NCBI RefSeq assembly: GCF_018350175.1
Contig: NC_058368.1
Coordinates: 208,074,001 to 208,138,000, forward strand
Direction of reading: 5' to 3'
DNA: 64,000 nt
From: Felis catus
Lineage: Eukaryota
Shown: in pieces, positions 23,406 through 35,355 of the stretch
Position numbering within the stretch: the first letter of the stretch is position 1
How the letters are laid out: each line of letters starts with the position of its first letter
Notes under the pieces: model-generated
Seen by the model: the letters and a program-made list of their open reading frames with translations, nothing else
What the model was told of the DNA's origin: nothing
Database searches by the model: none
Position numbers and translations under genes: made by a program

Positions 23406-25604
23406 AATCTTGACTGCTCACATTCCAGGAGCTCCAAGAAGCTTCCTCTCACTTCAAGGCTGTCACATCTGTTTTTGCCTCATGCTTTAGTGATTCTGCA
23501 GTCGAGACTAGGGGACGCACACTGGCTCCCTCGGACTGGGAGGGTACCATTTCCCACTCTGCAGCATTATTTTTCTGGTCTTATCTATGTGGACTGTGGC
23601 AGTCCGTGTACTGCTAAGACAAAGGTCAGCATTCATAACATATTCCCAAATGGAAAAATATTTAATCAGATGTGCTTATCAAGGTTCTTTCCCCCTCTTC
23701 AGAAATGTCTGAACTGCTTTTAAGCTGATACTGTCCCCCTGCCCTGACCACAGCATTAGATGAACCCTCTGGATCACATAACTTGGTGTGAACTCTCTGC
23801 CTCTGGCCACAGGAGACGATGGTTCCTAGAGCACTGACATGAGCATTTCCTGTCCTTCCCGGCTAATGAAGAAAAGCCTTTCCAGGAAACACGTGCTTTG
23901 GGAAGCCTGACATTAAGAGTGCACTAAGTCAGCCTGAGAATGGGGAGCAGTTAAGTATGATTAAAAGTAGAAGATTAAAAATATTACAACAGGAAATAGA
24001 AAAGAATGAGAATTATGAACAAGGCAGTTCTTACTGCATTTTGACCTCAAGAAGTCACCTAGTTATATGAAAAGGTAAAGGGATGCTGTTACCATAAATC
24101 ACTACTAAAATTCACATTAACAAAATGACATTTAAGAAATTAGACAAGAAAGGGGAAAGTGAGTTGGATTCTGGTTTAGTCAAATGAATCAGTACTGTTT
24201 TCACAGGGCATTATCACCTTTTATACAGAGGTACCATAGACATATTAATGACCATTGGTGAATTGCACCAAAAAGTTTGGTCTGATTGTGAGATATGAAT
24301 CAGCTCCCTAATTTAACTTCAAAGACATGAACCAGGGAAGAATATCTTCTAAGATACTTGTAGCTAGAGTCTGGCCTGCATTTAGTGCCAGATGCTAAAT
24401 GAAAGACGTGAACATCTGTGGGTCTCGAAACCATGGTTGGATAGCCTATAACAGAAATCCAATGACAGCATGTGAGTTAGAGGAGGTTTAGAAAAATAAT
24501 ATGTGGGTGGTGTTGTGAGAAGCAGTTTCTTAAGGTGGAGGAGAACAAAATGGATTCTTTCCTTCTCCCCTAACCTGTCTCCAGACACACTAGGTTTTCT
24601 CCTTTTTCCCTATCCTCTATAAAGAAAGAATAAACACTAGCATGTTACTTCAGCAAGGTTGATGATGTCCCCTCAGAATGTGTTACCCGGAGACCCGACT
24701 TTTGCTTCCAGCCAAGATGGAGTAACAGGGACCAGAACTACCCTCCCTCTTGAAACAACTAGGAACCTAAAAAGCATATGAAACAGTGGTGTTCAAGACA
24801 CTGAGTATCAAGCGAGAAAGGACAGTGATCTATCTGGAGGCCAGAAGAAGAACTACCCAAAAGGATACGAGGTGACAATGTTCAGCTCCCATTATAGGCC
24901 CAGAAATAATGCCTAGTTTTACATTATAGACTGAACACTGTCATGATTCATGGAGAATTGGGTAGGGCACATAGACGGTTCTTGCCTCAGCACTGGGGAA
25001 GAATTAGCCCTAATTATTCAACACGGAACTTTTTTTTTTTTCCATTTCCACTTAACAAATCTTAAAGCATAAAAGGGTCAAATTCTTTCCAAGTAACTTA
25101 CGTCTGTTCCAAAACAGCAGATGTGGCTGCTGTGAATATAAAAATATCCGTCAGCCAACAAGGTAAAACTCACAGTATATAACATCCAATAAAAAGTTAC
25201 CAAAAAGTGGGAAAATGTGAGGAGAAAAAAGAACTGACCCAGAATTAACACATACATTAGAATCAGCAGCAAAGAACATTAAAACAGTTATAACCTATTC
25301 CATATGCTTAAAAAGTTAAGTAGAGATTTGGAAGATATAATAAAGACCCAAATGGAACTTCTGAAGATGAAAAGTACATCTGAGATGAAAAATGTACTGG
25401 GTTGGATTAACAGCTGATGAGACATTTTAGGAAATTCATAAACTTGAAGACCTCACAAGAAAAATGATCTCAAATGAAGTATAGAGAGCTAACGGAATTT
25501 AAACAACCACAACCACAACAGCAAAAACCAGAGCGTCGCTGAGCTGTGACAACTTTAAGCAGCCTAATAAATGTGTAACTGTGGTTCCCCAAAGAGGGGT
25601 GGGA

Positions 25605-26119
25605 GTAACAGGCAGCCTCTAATATGGCCCCCATGGTCCTTGTCTGCTGGAATTCATGATCTTCTTTAATCCCTGCCTCTTGGGTGTAGGATTAATTTAT
25701 TGACTCATTTCTACTGAAGGAAATATGGCAGAAGTGACGAAATAGAACTTCCAAAATTATATTACAAAAAGATTCTGGTTTCTATCGTGGGTGCGTTCTC
25801 TCTCACTGTCTTTTGTATCTCTTCTCTCTGGAGAAGAGTTGCCATGTCATGATGCAATCCTGTAGAGAGGTCTATCTGGCAAGGAACCAAGGCTGCCAAG
25901 GAGCACGTGAATGAGCTTGGAACTGGGTCTTCTGAGATCTGCCAGTCGCTACTGGCCAATACCTACACTGCAACCTCATGAGAGCTTCAGAGCTAGAGGC
26001 CCCCAGCGAAGCTGTGCTTAGATTTCTGACCCAAAGAAAGTGTGAGATAATAAGTACATAGTGTCTGCGGCTGCTAAACTTTGGAGAAATTTGTTACACA
26101 GCAATAAATAACTAATTCA
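25605..26119 (+). mobile_element. MaLR solo LTR (MLT1F/G-like) inside the old L1
   Basis: 'ggcagcctctaatatggcccccatggtccttgtctgctggaattcatg' to 'ctgctaaactttggagaaatttgttacacagcaataaataactaattca'. Confidence 0.8.
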
Positions 26120-26283
26120 GAAAAAATAGTTGTAAAATTAATGGCCAGAAAGTTTTCAACTTTGATGAAAACCATAAACCCACAAGATACTCCATGAACT
26201 CCAAGCACAAGAACAATGATAGAAATCACAGTTAGACACGTTATAATCAAGTCACTATAAACCATTAATGATGAGAATATCTT

Positions 26284-26738
26284 TTTTATTGATTACTATT
26301 ATTTTCAATTTGAATCCAAGTTAGTTAACATACAGTGTAATAATGATTTCAGGAATAGATTTAGTGATTCATCACTTACATATGACACCCAGTGCTCATC
26401 CCAAAAAGTATCCTTCATGCCCCTTGTCCATTTAGCCCATCCCTCCACCCAACACCTCAGTTTGTTCTCTGTATTGAAGAGTCTCTTATGGTTTGGCTCC
26501 CTCTCTGTTTTTATCTTATTTTTGCTTCCCTTCCTCTATGTTCATCTGTTTTGCTTCTTAAATTCCACATGTGAGTGAAATCATCTTACATTTGTCTTTC
26601 TCTGACTTGTTTCACTTAATAAAACACTCTAGTTCCCTCTGTGTTATTGCCAATGGCAAGATATCATTCTTTTTGATCACAGAGTAATATTCCATTATGT
26701 GTGTGTGTGTGTGTGTGTGTATACACACACACATATAT

Positions 26739-26781
<43 letters not shown>

Positions 26782-26845
26782 ACCTCTTCTTTATCCATTC
26801 ACCAATCGATGGACATTTGGGCTCCTTCCATACTTTGGCTAGACA
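26284..26845 (-). mobile_element. Carnivore L1 3' end, inverted within the old L1
   Basis: Reverse complement closely resembles the 3' UTR at about 7960-8420; TSD atgagaatatctt (26271-26283) / atgagaaaatctt (26846-26858). Confidence 0.92.
26698..26780. repeat. Compound (TG)n-(TA/CA)-(CA)n microsatellite
   Basis: Directly visible inside the inverted L1. Confidence 0.92.
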
Positions 26846-27712
26846 ATGAGAAAATCTTAAAAGCAGTCACTAAAAAAAAAGATACACTAGCAAAGCTAAG
26901 GATGAGAACAAATTTCTTCTTGGAAAAAATGTAAGCTAAAAAAACAGTGGAATGATACCTTAAAGTGTGGAAGAATAAAAGCTGTCAATAGCAAAATTAT
27001 CTTTCCAAAACCAAGGTGAAATAAAGACTTTTTCAAGCATAAAAAAATTGCAAGACGACATCCCCAGCAGAGTCGACCTTCCCTACAAGTAGTGTTAACA
27101 CAAGCCCTTCAGGCAGAAGAAAATGCTACCAGGTGGAAATATGCATCTACACAAAGGAATAAAGAGAACTGGAAATGGTAACTTAAAAGAGAACTTTTTA
27201 AGATTTTAAAAAATATTTCAATCATTTAAAAACAAAAAGACTAAGAATGTAGTGTGGGGTTTATAACACACGTGAAGGTATATAATGTATGACAACAGTG
27301 GCACGAAGGATGGTAGGGGAGAAAAGGATGAGTTAATATTAATATAAAAGGATTAGTTAATACAAGAAAAGGATTAATTAATATATGGACTAATATAAAG
27401 ATTCTTATACTATTCACAACGTGGCATCATACCTTTAAGGTAGATTGTGATAAGTTGAAGATGCATACTATAAACCCTGAAGCTACCGCTAAAGTAACAA
27501 AACAAAGAGTTTTAGTTAATCAGCCAACAAAGGAGATAAAATGTAATTATAAAAAATAATCCAAAAGAAGGCAGAATGGGAGTGAGGGGAGCAAAGAACA
27601 GGTAGGACAGAATATAAGAGAAATAATATGGTTAATGATTTAAGCCCAGTTATCTCAGTAATCATATACAATATAAATGGTCTACGTGCTCCAGTTAAAA
27701 GGCAGAGATTGT

Positions 27713-27936
27713 GGGGCGCCTGGGTGGCTCAGTCAGTTAAGCGTCTGACTTTGGCTCAGGTCATTATCTTAGAGTGTGAGTCTGAGCCCCACATTGGGTT
27801 CCCTGATGACGATGCAGAGCCTACTCAGGATTCTCTCTTTCTCTCTCTCTCTCTTTCTCTCTCTGCCCTTACCCCACTCACTCTTTCTGTTTCTCTCAAA
27901 ATAAATAAATAAACTTAAAAAATAAAAATAAAAAAA
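27713..27936 (+). mobile_element. CAN-SINE
   Basis: Perfect 17-bp TSD taaaaggcagagattgt (27696-27712 / 27937-27953). Confidence 0.95.
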
Positions 27937-27968
27937 TAAAAGGCAGAGATTGTATAAAAAAGTAAGAT

Positions 27969-28188
27969 GCCTGGGTGGCTCAGTTGGTTGAATGTCCGAC
28001 TTCGGCTCAGGTCATGATCTCGCAGCTCGTGAGTTCGAGCCCCGTGTTGGGCCTTGTGCTGGCAGCTCAGAGCCTGGAGCCTGTTTCCGATTCTGTGTCT
28101 CCCTCTCTCTCTGCCCCTCCCCTGCTCATGCTCTGTCTCTCTCTGTCTCAAAAATAAATAAACGTTAAAATAAAAAAAAATTTTTTTT
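27969..28188 (+). mobile_element. CAN-SINE, felid type
   Basis: TSD aaagtaagat (27959-27968 / 28189-28198); lacks the first few 5' bases. Confidence 0.95.
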
Positions 28189-28232
28189 AAAGTAAGATTC
28201 AGCTTTATGTTGCCTACAAGAAACCCACTTTA

Positions 28233-28451
28233 TTTTTTTAAATATTTTTTTAAAGTTTATTTATTTTGAGAGAGAGAGAGAGAGAGAGAGAGTGAGCTGG
28301 GAGGGACAGACAGAGAAGGAGAGAGAGAGAGAATCCCAAGCAGGCTCCACACTGCCAGCACAGAACCCAATGCAGGCCGCGATCTCACACACTTGACCTG
28401 AGCCAAAATCAAGAGTCAGGTGCTTAACCAAATGAGTCATCCGGGTGCCCC
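28233..28451 (-). mobile_element. CAN-SINE
   Basis: TSD aaacccacttta (28221-28232 / 28455-28466). Confidence 0.94.
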
Positions 28452-30134
28452 AAAAAACCCACTTTAAATAGAAAGATACAAACTGGTTAAAAGTAAAAAA
28501 ATGGGAAAAGATATACCATGCTAACACGAATCAAAAGAAGGCTGGGGTAACTTATTAATATCAGACAAAGTAGATTTAGAGCAAAGACTATCTCCTAGGA
28601 CAAGAAGAGTCATTTCATAAACATCAAGAGGTCGACTCACCAACTTTTATGCATCTAATAAGAGAGCCTCAAAATATATGAAGCAAAAACTGATTGAGGC
28701 CCAATAAGACATGCTAGCCAGATATTTCTGTTTCTGAGAGTATCCCTCTCTCAATGATCAATAGAACAAGTAGACTGGAGACTTCAAGAAGATAGGAATA
28801 ACACTATCAACCAACTTGACCTAACTGGCGTTTGGAGAACACTCCCCCTACAATGGAGGATACATTTTTTTCAAGTGTATATTTCTTTCAAGATTAATTT
28901 TTTTCAAAGATACATTTTTTTCAGGTCATTTACCCAAGATAGATTATATTTGGGGTCATAAAGCAAGTATCAGCAAGTCATATATTCTATGACCATAATG
29001 GAATAAAATTAGATGAAATTCATTTAAATTTTAGTTCGGTAGTAACAGAACACCTTTGGAAAATCCTCCCAAGTATTTGGAAATTATATAACACACTTGT
29101 ATAAGTAATACATGGGATAAGAAAAATCAAAAGCATTAGAAAGTATTTTTTGAAATGAGTAAAAATGTAAAAACAGCATATCAAAATGTGTGGGATATAT
29201 CCAAAGCAGTACTTAGGGAAATTTTTATAGCACAAAAATACCTGTATTAGAAATGAAGAAGGGTGTCAAATCAAGTGATCTCTGCTTCTACCTTGAGTAA
29301 CTAAAAAACAAGAGAACAAATTAAAATTAAATCCGAAACCAAATTGACCCCTAAAACAAAGTTGGAGAATTATCATCTGGTTTCAAGACTCTTCTAAAGC
29401 TACAGTAATTAAGACAATTTGGAAGTTTCTTTCTTTTTTTGAAATGTGTGTTTTTCAACTTCTTGAGATAGAATTGACATACAGCATTGTGTAAGTTTAA
29501 GGCACTGATTTGATACACTTAGCAAGTTGATTTGATATGCTTATATATTGCAACATGATTACTACCATAGTGTTAGCTAACACATAATTACCATTTCCTT
29601 TTTGTGGTGAGAACATTTAAGATCTACTCTTCACAACTTCCAAGTACATAATGTAGTATCGTTAACTATAATCACCATGCTATCCATTCGATTCCCAGAA
29701 TGTATTCATGTTACAACTGGAAGGTGTCACCTTTGACTAATATCTCCCCCATTTTCCTCACCCCTCAGCCCTGGTAACTATCATTCTACTCTCTGTATCT
29801 GTGAGTCTGGCTTTTTTAGATTCCACCCATAAATGATACCGTACAGTATTTAGCCTTCTCTATCACTTTGCATAATGCCTTCTAGGTCCATCCATGTTGT
29901 CATCCGTGTTTCCTTCTTTCTCATGGTTGAATAATATTCCATTCCATATTCTACGGCTTCTTTATCCATTCATGCATCAATGGACACTTAGGTTGTTTCC
30001 ATATCTTGGCTAGTGTGACTAATGCTGCGGTAAACAAGGAGTGCAGATATCTCTTTGAGACTTATTTTAATTTCCTTTCAATATACACCTAGAAGAGGAA
30101 TTGCCAGATCATACTGTAGTTCTATTTTTAAATT

Positions 30135-30364
30135 TTTTTTAATTTTTTTAAATTTTTTTGACATTTACGTGTTTTTGAGAAACAGAGTGAGACAAAGCAT
30201 GAGTGAGGGAGGGGCAGAGGGAGAAGGAGACACAGAATCAGAAGCAGGCTCCAGGCTCTGAGCTGTCAGCACAGAGCCCAACATGGGGCTCGAACCCACA
30301 AACCGTGAGATCATGACCTGAGCCGAAGTCGGACGCTCAACCAACTGAGCCACCCAGGCGCTCC
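30135..30364 (-). mobile_element. CAN-SINE (in the tail of the next SINE)
   Basis: Full body ending gagccacccaggcgctcc. Confidence 0.93.
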
Positions 30365-30374
30365 ATATTTAAAA

Positions 30375-30587
30375 TTTTTTTTAATGTTTATTCATTTTTG
30401 AGAGTGAGAGAGAGAAGAGCGTGAGAGGGTGAGAGGCAGAGAGAGAGAGGAAGACACAGAATCTGAAGCAGGCTCCAGGTTCTGTGCTGTCAGCACGGAG
30501 TCCAATGCAGGGCTTGAACTCACAAACCGTGAGACTATGACCTGAGCTGAAGTCGTATGTCTAACCAACTGAGCCGCCCAGGTGCCC
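30375..30587 (-). mobile_element. CAN-SINE
   Basis: Ends gagccgcccaggtgccc; tagttctattt(t/c)taa flanks the SINE pair (30117-30131 / 30594-30608). Confidence 0.93.
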
Positions 30588-31300
30588 TGCTTTAGTTCTA
30601 TTTCTAACTTCTGAAGGAGCCTCCGTGCTGTTTTCTGTAGTGGCTGTACCAGTTTACATTTGTTTACGTACAAAAGTATTTGCCCAAGAGATATGAAAGC
30701 ATATGCCCGTACAAAAACTTGCATACAAATGTTCGTAGCAGCTCTATCGATAATAGGCAAAAGCTATAAACAATTCAAATGTCTATTAACAGTTGAATGG
30801 ATAAAAAACTATGGTACATCCATACGATGGAATACTACTCAGCAATAAAAACAAATGGATTGTTTACACTGGCAAAGGATGAATGAACTTCAAGATAGTT
30901 TTGCTGAGTGACAGAACCCAGACCAAAAAAAAAAAAAAAAAAAAAAAAAATGAGTCCACTTAATGGAGTCCACTTAAATGGAGTATGTGACTCCATTTAC
31001 TTAAACTTATAGAAAATGCAAACTAATCTATAGTGATAGAAAGTAGGCCAATGGGGTGGGAGTTGGGGGAAGGGTTACAAAGGGGACAAGAAAACTTTTG
31101 GGTGTGATGGTTATATGTCCACTATCTTGATCGCAGTGATGGTTCCTGGATGTATACATACGCCACAACTTATCCAACTGCACACCTTAAACTCACGCAG
31201 TCCATTGTATGTCGCCTCCGTAAAGCTTATACCTCAATGAAGCTGTTAACAAATTTCATAAAATTATACTTCAATGAAGCTGTTAATAAAAGAAAAGGAC

Positions 31301-31519
31301 GGGGCGCCTGGGTGGCGCAGTCGGTTAAGCGTCCGACTTCAGCCAGGTCACGATCTCGCGGTCCGGGAGTTTGAGCCCCGCGTCAGGCTCTGGGCTGATG
31401 GCTCAGAGCCTGGAGCCTGTTTCCCATTCTGTGTCTCCCTCTCTCTCTGCCCCTCCCCCGTTCATGCTCTGTCTCTCTCTGTCCCAAAAATAAATAAACG
31501 TTGAAAAAAAAAATTTTTT
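31301..31519 (+). mobile_element. Young felid CAN-SINE (SINEC_Fc1-like)
   Basis: CpG-rich 'ggggcgcctgggtggcgcagtcggttaagcgtccgacttcagccaggtcacgatctcgcgg'; TSD taaaagaaaagga (31287-31299 / 31520-31532). Confidence 0.96.
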
Positions 31520-32327
31520 TAAAAGAAAAGGAGATCAAACCCAGATGTAGAAAAACCGGTTTCCGTCTATAAAGAGGCGAAATAGTGTGGTGACTAACTG
31601 ACATTATTCTATCTGAAGAGCAATATAGGTTTACTGCACAGTTGTAATTGCTTCTTTTGTCATCTTGAAACTGTGGAGAAAGCCAGAAGGACAAGGCCAT
31701 ACCATGTTCACCACACGTGTTGCATGTGGGGGGTCTTTGAGGCGTGGGTCTCAGTACTGCTAGTGTTTGAAGGATCTCTCTAGGCTGTAGGATCTCTCCA
31801 GTTCACTTCCTTTCTTGACTCTTTGGGTGTGGAAGTTATTAGGGGGAACATTAGTCATTAAATTCAAGGTTTAGGCCAATCCCTGGGCCGTGACCCCGTG
31901 CTAGGTTCCACATCTGCTTCTTTTGTTTCATCAGCATTCCCTGTAAGGTGCAATTTAAAGAAAATAGACAAGAATTTTAAGGAGATTCAAAATCCCACTG
32001 GGTTCACCAGTCTTGGAATGAGGTCGCCTGGGGCACCATTGCTGGAGGCAGTAAGGGGGAAAGATGCATGATGGGGGCTCTGCAGCTGCTAAGGTTTCCC
32101 TGGAGTCACGAGAAGAGAAATGCCACCAGCACCGGGGTTAGCTGGTTCACACCAGTCAGGTGGGAGAAGGCACCCACCTCAGCAGGGAAGTATTCCTCTG
32201 TGCTGGGCCTCTGCTGATAGTTCCTATAGGTAATTTAGCAGGCATCACTTTTCCTGAATTCTCTGTGCCAGGCTCTGGACTAAGCAGTTTACGTCTCATA
32301 TTCTTCCTGCCAACCTTGCCAGGTAGT

Positions 32328-32930
32328 AGTTCAGTTAGGGCTGCATTTGGCTGCATTCGGCTTAGCGTCACAGGCTGCTGCTTCCTCTCCTTATCTGTTC
32401 TCCTATCACAAGGAATCCAGGGATGGACAGTAGGGATATGTGCGACCGTTCAAGGGGCAATGCTTCTTTTTTTGTTTTTTAAGATTTTTTTTTTTAAATA
32501 ATCTCTACACCTAATGTGGGAGTCGAACTTACAACAACCCCCAGATCAAGAGTCCCACGCTCTACCAACTGGGCCAGCCAGGTGCCCCAAGGAGCAATGC
32601 TTCTTAATCCTACTTGTTCCCTCACTCTTGGTATGTGGTTCATTCTGCAGTGGCTGCTTCCTCTCGGGGATCTCTAGCACATTCTTGGCGGGAAGAGGGG
32701 AGTGCAAAGAGCAAAAGCACGTGCTCTTGGGATCTCTGTCCATCGGGACAGCCCCACCCAACCACATCTGCTTATCATTCATTTACCAGAACCAGGTCAC
32801 GTGGCCACCCCAACGCTACCAATGTCTGGGAAATGAGTGTTTCTAACTGGAAATATCACGAAACTGAAGAGAGTCATGGTTGTGTGAAAAGGAACATAGA
32901 CACTGAATAGGAAACTGGCAAGCAGCTTCT
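32328..32930 (-). mobile_element. Degraded MaLR LTR (MLT1J/L-like), interrupted by a short SINE
   Basis: 'ttcagttagggctgcatttggctgc' start; 'catctgcttatcattcatttaccagaaccaggtcacgtggccacccc...ctgggaaatgagtgtttct' MLT1 motif. Confidence 0.55.
32469..32588 (-). mobile_element. Short tRNA-Lys-like SINE (SINEC_b-like, no CT linker)
   Basis: Reverse complement ggggcacctggctggcccagttggtagagcgtgggactcttgatct...gttcgactcccacattaggtgtagagatt plus A tail; TSD aagg(g/a)gcaatgcttctt. Confidence 0.9.
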
Positions 32931-32956
32931 GGGGATAGTATTAATAGCCCTATCTT

Positions 32957-33167
32957 GGGGCGCCTGGGTGGCTCAGTCGGTTACGCGTCCGACTTCGGCT
33001 CAGGTCATGATCTCGCAGTAAGTGAGCTCGAGTCCCGCATCGGGCTCTGTGCTGACAGCTCAGAGCCTGGAGCCGGCTTCGGATTCTGCATCTCCTTCTC
33101 TCTCTGCCCCTTCCCCACTTGTGCTCTGTCTCTCAAAAATAAATGTAAAACACAAAATTAAAAAAAA
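32957..33167 (+). mobile_element. CAN-SINE, felid type
   Basis: TSD-like taatagccctatctt / taacaaccctgtctt; followed by the MIR core ttacagatgaggaaactg. Confidence 0.95.
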
Positions 33168-35183
33168 TAACAACCCTGTCTTACAGATGAGGAAACTGGT
33201 GCTGACGAGTTAGCAAAACTAGAAACTAATAGATTAGATGAGATTGGAGCCAGCTGCCGGGCTCCAGCCCCTGGGCACTTTATCGCTACAGCAGAAGCCA
33301 CCTGCTCTGGGAGTTGTGCCTCTGCATAACATCATTGCTGGTGACATATTCCACAGGCACAGATATGAGAAGGATATTCTGGCCTTCTTTTTTGCAAGAT
33401 CAATAAAGGCTTTCTTCCAATGATTTCCTTCCTGTAGGCAAGTCAGCAAACTGATCTTCATGCTATATATATACTCTAAGAAATTGATTCAACATTTACT
33501 GGAATCAGTAGCGAGTTTTGTTTACATGTGGTACTATTTGCTTAAGAAATGCAGGGTTTTCCCCACCTCCGAAATTAAGAACAAAATCTCAGTTGTGTCT
33601 TTACTCACGGGCTGTGAGAAAAGCCTAAATTCCTTGTGTAAGACCAGGCCTTTGTGTTCCCCAAACGTGTCATGCCTGCTGTTTCTGTCCTGATGGCAGA
33701 TAGTTTGTTTACATCGAGTGATCGAATTTGTAAGCTTGCCTGCTACTTTTACATTGGGTGATGGGCGAGAGAGAAGATGCCAATTTCCATCTCCTCCCTT
33801 CTCAGAAAAGGTACCAGAACCGTGATCCCATAGACTCTTGTGTCAGTGGAAGCCCTGAGTTTCATGTGTGTAGATCAAAGTAAGTAGCAAACCCGTTTCA
33901 CCAGTTTCAAGGGCCACGGAGTTGGCATAAGCAGGTTACAGGCTCAACTCCATTTCCTTGTGTTGATTCAGCTCCATATCTCCTTGGTGATAATCATGCC
34001 AGATCCACGTGTACTTTAGAAGTCATACATCTGTTATCTCTGGGACTCAGGAGTATGCAGGTCTCGCTGTGACTGTCCCTACTTACACATCACGAAGGCT
34101 AAGAACCCCTATAGGTTGGAAACTCATGTATAAGCTCGTGTGTGTATTTTTGTACTCAAGTAAAGTAATTTGCTTTTTAAGAAACTGATTCTTAACCTTG
34201 CATTATCAAAATGTGTAAATAGACAAGCATGAATGATGATAAGACAGTGTTCACGGGACTCGACTGTTGGCAAAACACCAGAAAATTCCTATGTCTTACT
34301 AGATTTTTTTTCCCCTCAGTTTGTAATGTGGGAATCCACAGTGCTCAAATTAGTCAGATAAGTAGCAAATCTCCCTTCATTTGGTGTCTACAAAGAAAAA
34401 CATTAAATTAGTGTTTGACTGCGTCTGGTCTTCAATTTCAGGACTTCCTTTCCCCTATTGAAGATGCCATGTGGATGAACTGTACCCTTTAAGCTGAGGA
34501 GATATTTCTTGTCTCTGGTTTGGTTTGTTTGGATATTTTTGGCAGTGAACAGTTGCGTTTGTTTGCATGTTTATAAAGAGTCCTTTATTTCACCCTGTGT
34601 GAACTTGACATTTGACTTTTAATATAAATAAATTGCAAATAAAGCAGTAGTCACTTAACCTTGTGCCAACCAGAGTAGCTAAATACAAAAACCGAAAGCC
34701 TAGAAGCTTCCAAATGTGTCTGCTTTTGTTGGAATGACAACCTCCCTGCAGCCGCACAAAGCTAAATAGTTCAAGGAAATGGTAAGGGACAAAAGTGTAT
34801 TACGTTTCCTATCCACTCTCTCATCTGTGGTTCACACACAGCAACAGTAATCAAGGCATTTTGACATTTTTTTTGGCTTTGTTAAATGAGCTTAATGATG
34901 GAGACCCAAAATGCCCCTGCCTCTGACCAATACTTGGGCAATAACCTCTGGTCTCTTTTCTTCCTTCCCTGAGCACACACAAACATACTACCTGTGTGTC
35001 TTTGTGCAAACAAACTAACCCTTTGGAGATTTTTTTCGCACCTGTGAAATGTTGGTAATGCCATTTCTCTCACAGAGTTGTTATGAAAAAAAAAAGAATT
35101 GTGAATATATCTTGCCCTGATTCTGGAATATAGTACATGCCTAATAGACGTGAGAACGCTGGCCCTAGGTTTTCTTCTATCCC

Positions 35184-35355
35184 CAGGGCTGACTTCATGG
35201 GTGTGTGACCAGAGGAGCCAGACGGAGCCCCATGCTTGCAAGAGCCCCCACTCATGCTTTGCTCTCACCATCTTGAAATTGTTAATACTTCTTGAATGAA
35301 GGACCCATCCACACTTCCAATTTGCACGGGCCCCACATATTACGTAGCCAATGTG
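35184..35355 (+). mobile_element. hAT-Tip100 MITE (MER45A-like)
   Basis: 'cagggctgacttcatgggtgtgtgacc...catcttgaaattgttaatac...ttgcacgggccccacatattacgtagcc'. Confidence 0.8.

Larger units (their letters stand above)
29430..30660 (-). mobile_element. L1 3' fragment (L1MA8/9-like), inverted within the old L1
   Basis: 'ttgagatagaattgacatacagcattgtgtaagtttaagg...atggacacttaggttgtttccatatcttggcta...tagtggctgtaccagtttacatt' antisense L1 3' region. Confidence 0.88.
24698..31286 (+). mobile_element. Ancient L1 (L1M4/L1MC-MD-like) spanning 5' UTR, ORF1, ORF2 endonuclease and 3' UTR remnants, with deletions and nested insertions
   Basis: 5' 'gcttccagccaagatggagtaacagggaccag'; ORF1-like coiled-coil region; ORF2 start 'ISVIIYNINGLRAPVKRQRL' (L1 EN N-terminus) at about 27650; 3' UTR 30660-31286 'atgaaagcatatgcccgtacaaaaacttgcatacaaatgttcgtagcagc'. 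Whether the pieces are one element is an inference. Confidence 0.75.

Noticed and set aside
27975..28157. Recurrent peptide [18 protein letters not shown] (also at 30165 and 53814)
   Set aside because: Translation of CAN-SINE copies, not a gene family.
32469..32588. Possible functional tRNA-Lys gene
   Set aside because: A tail, TSD, SINE-type 5' end and disrupted stems indicate a retroposed SINE.
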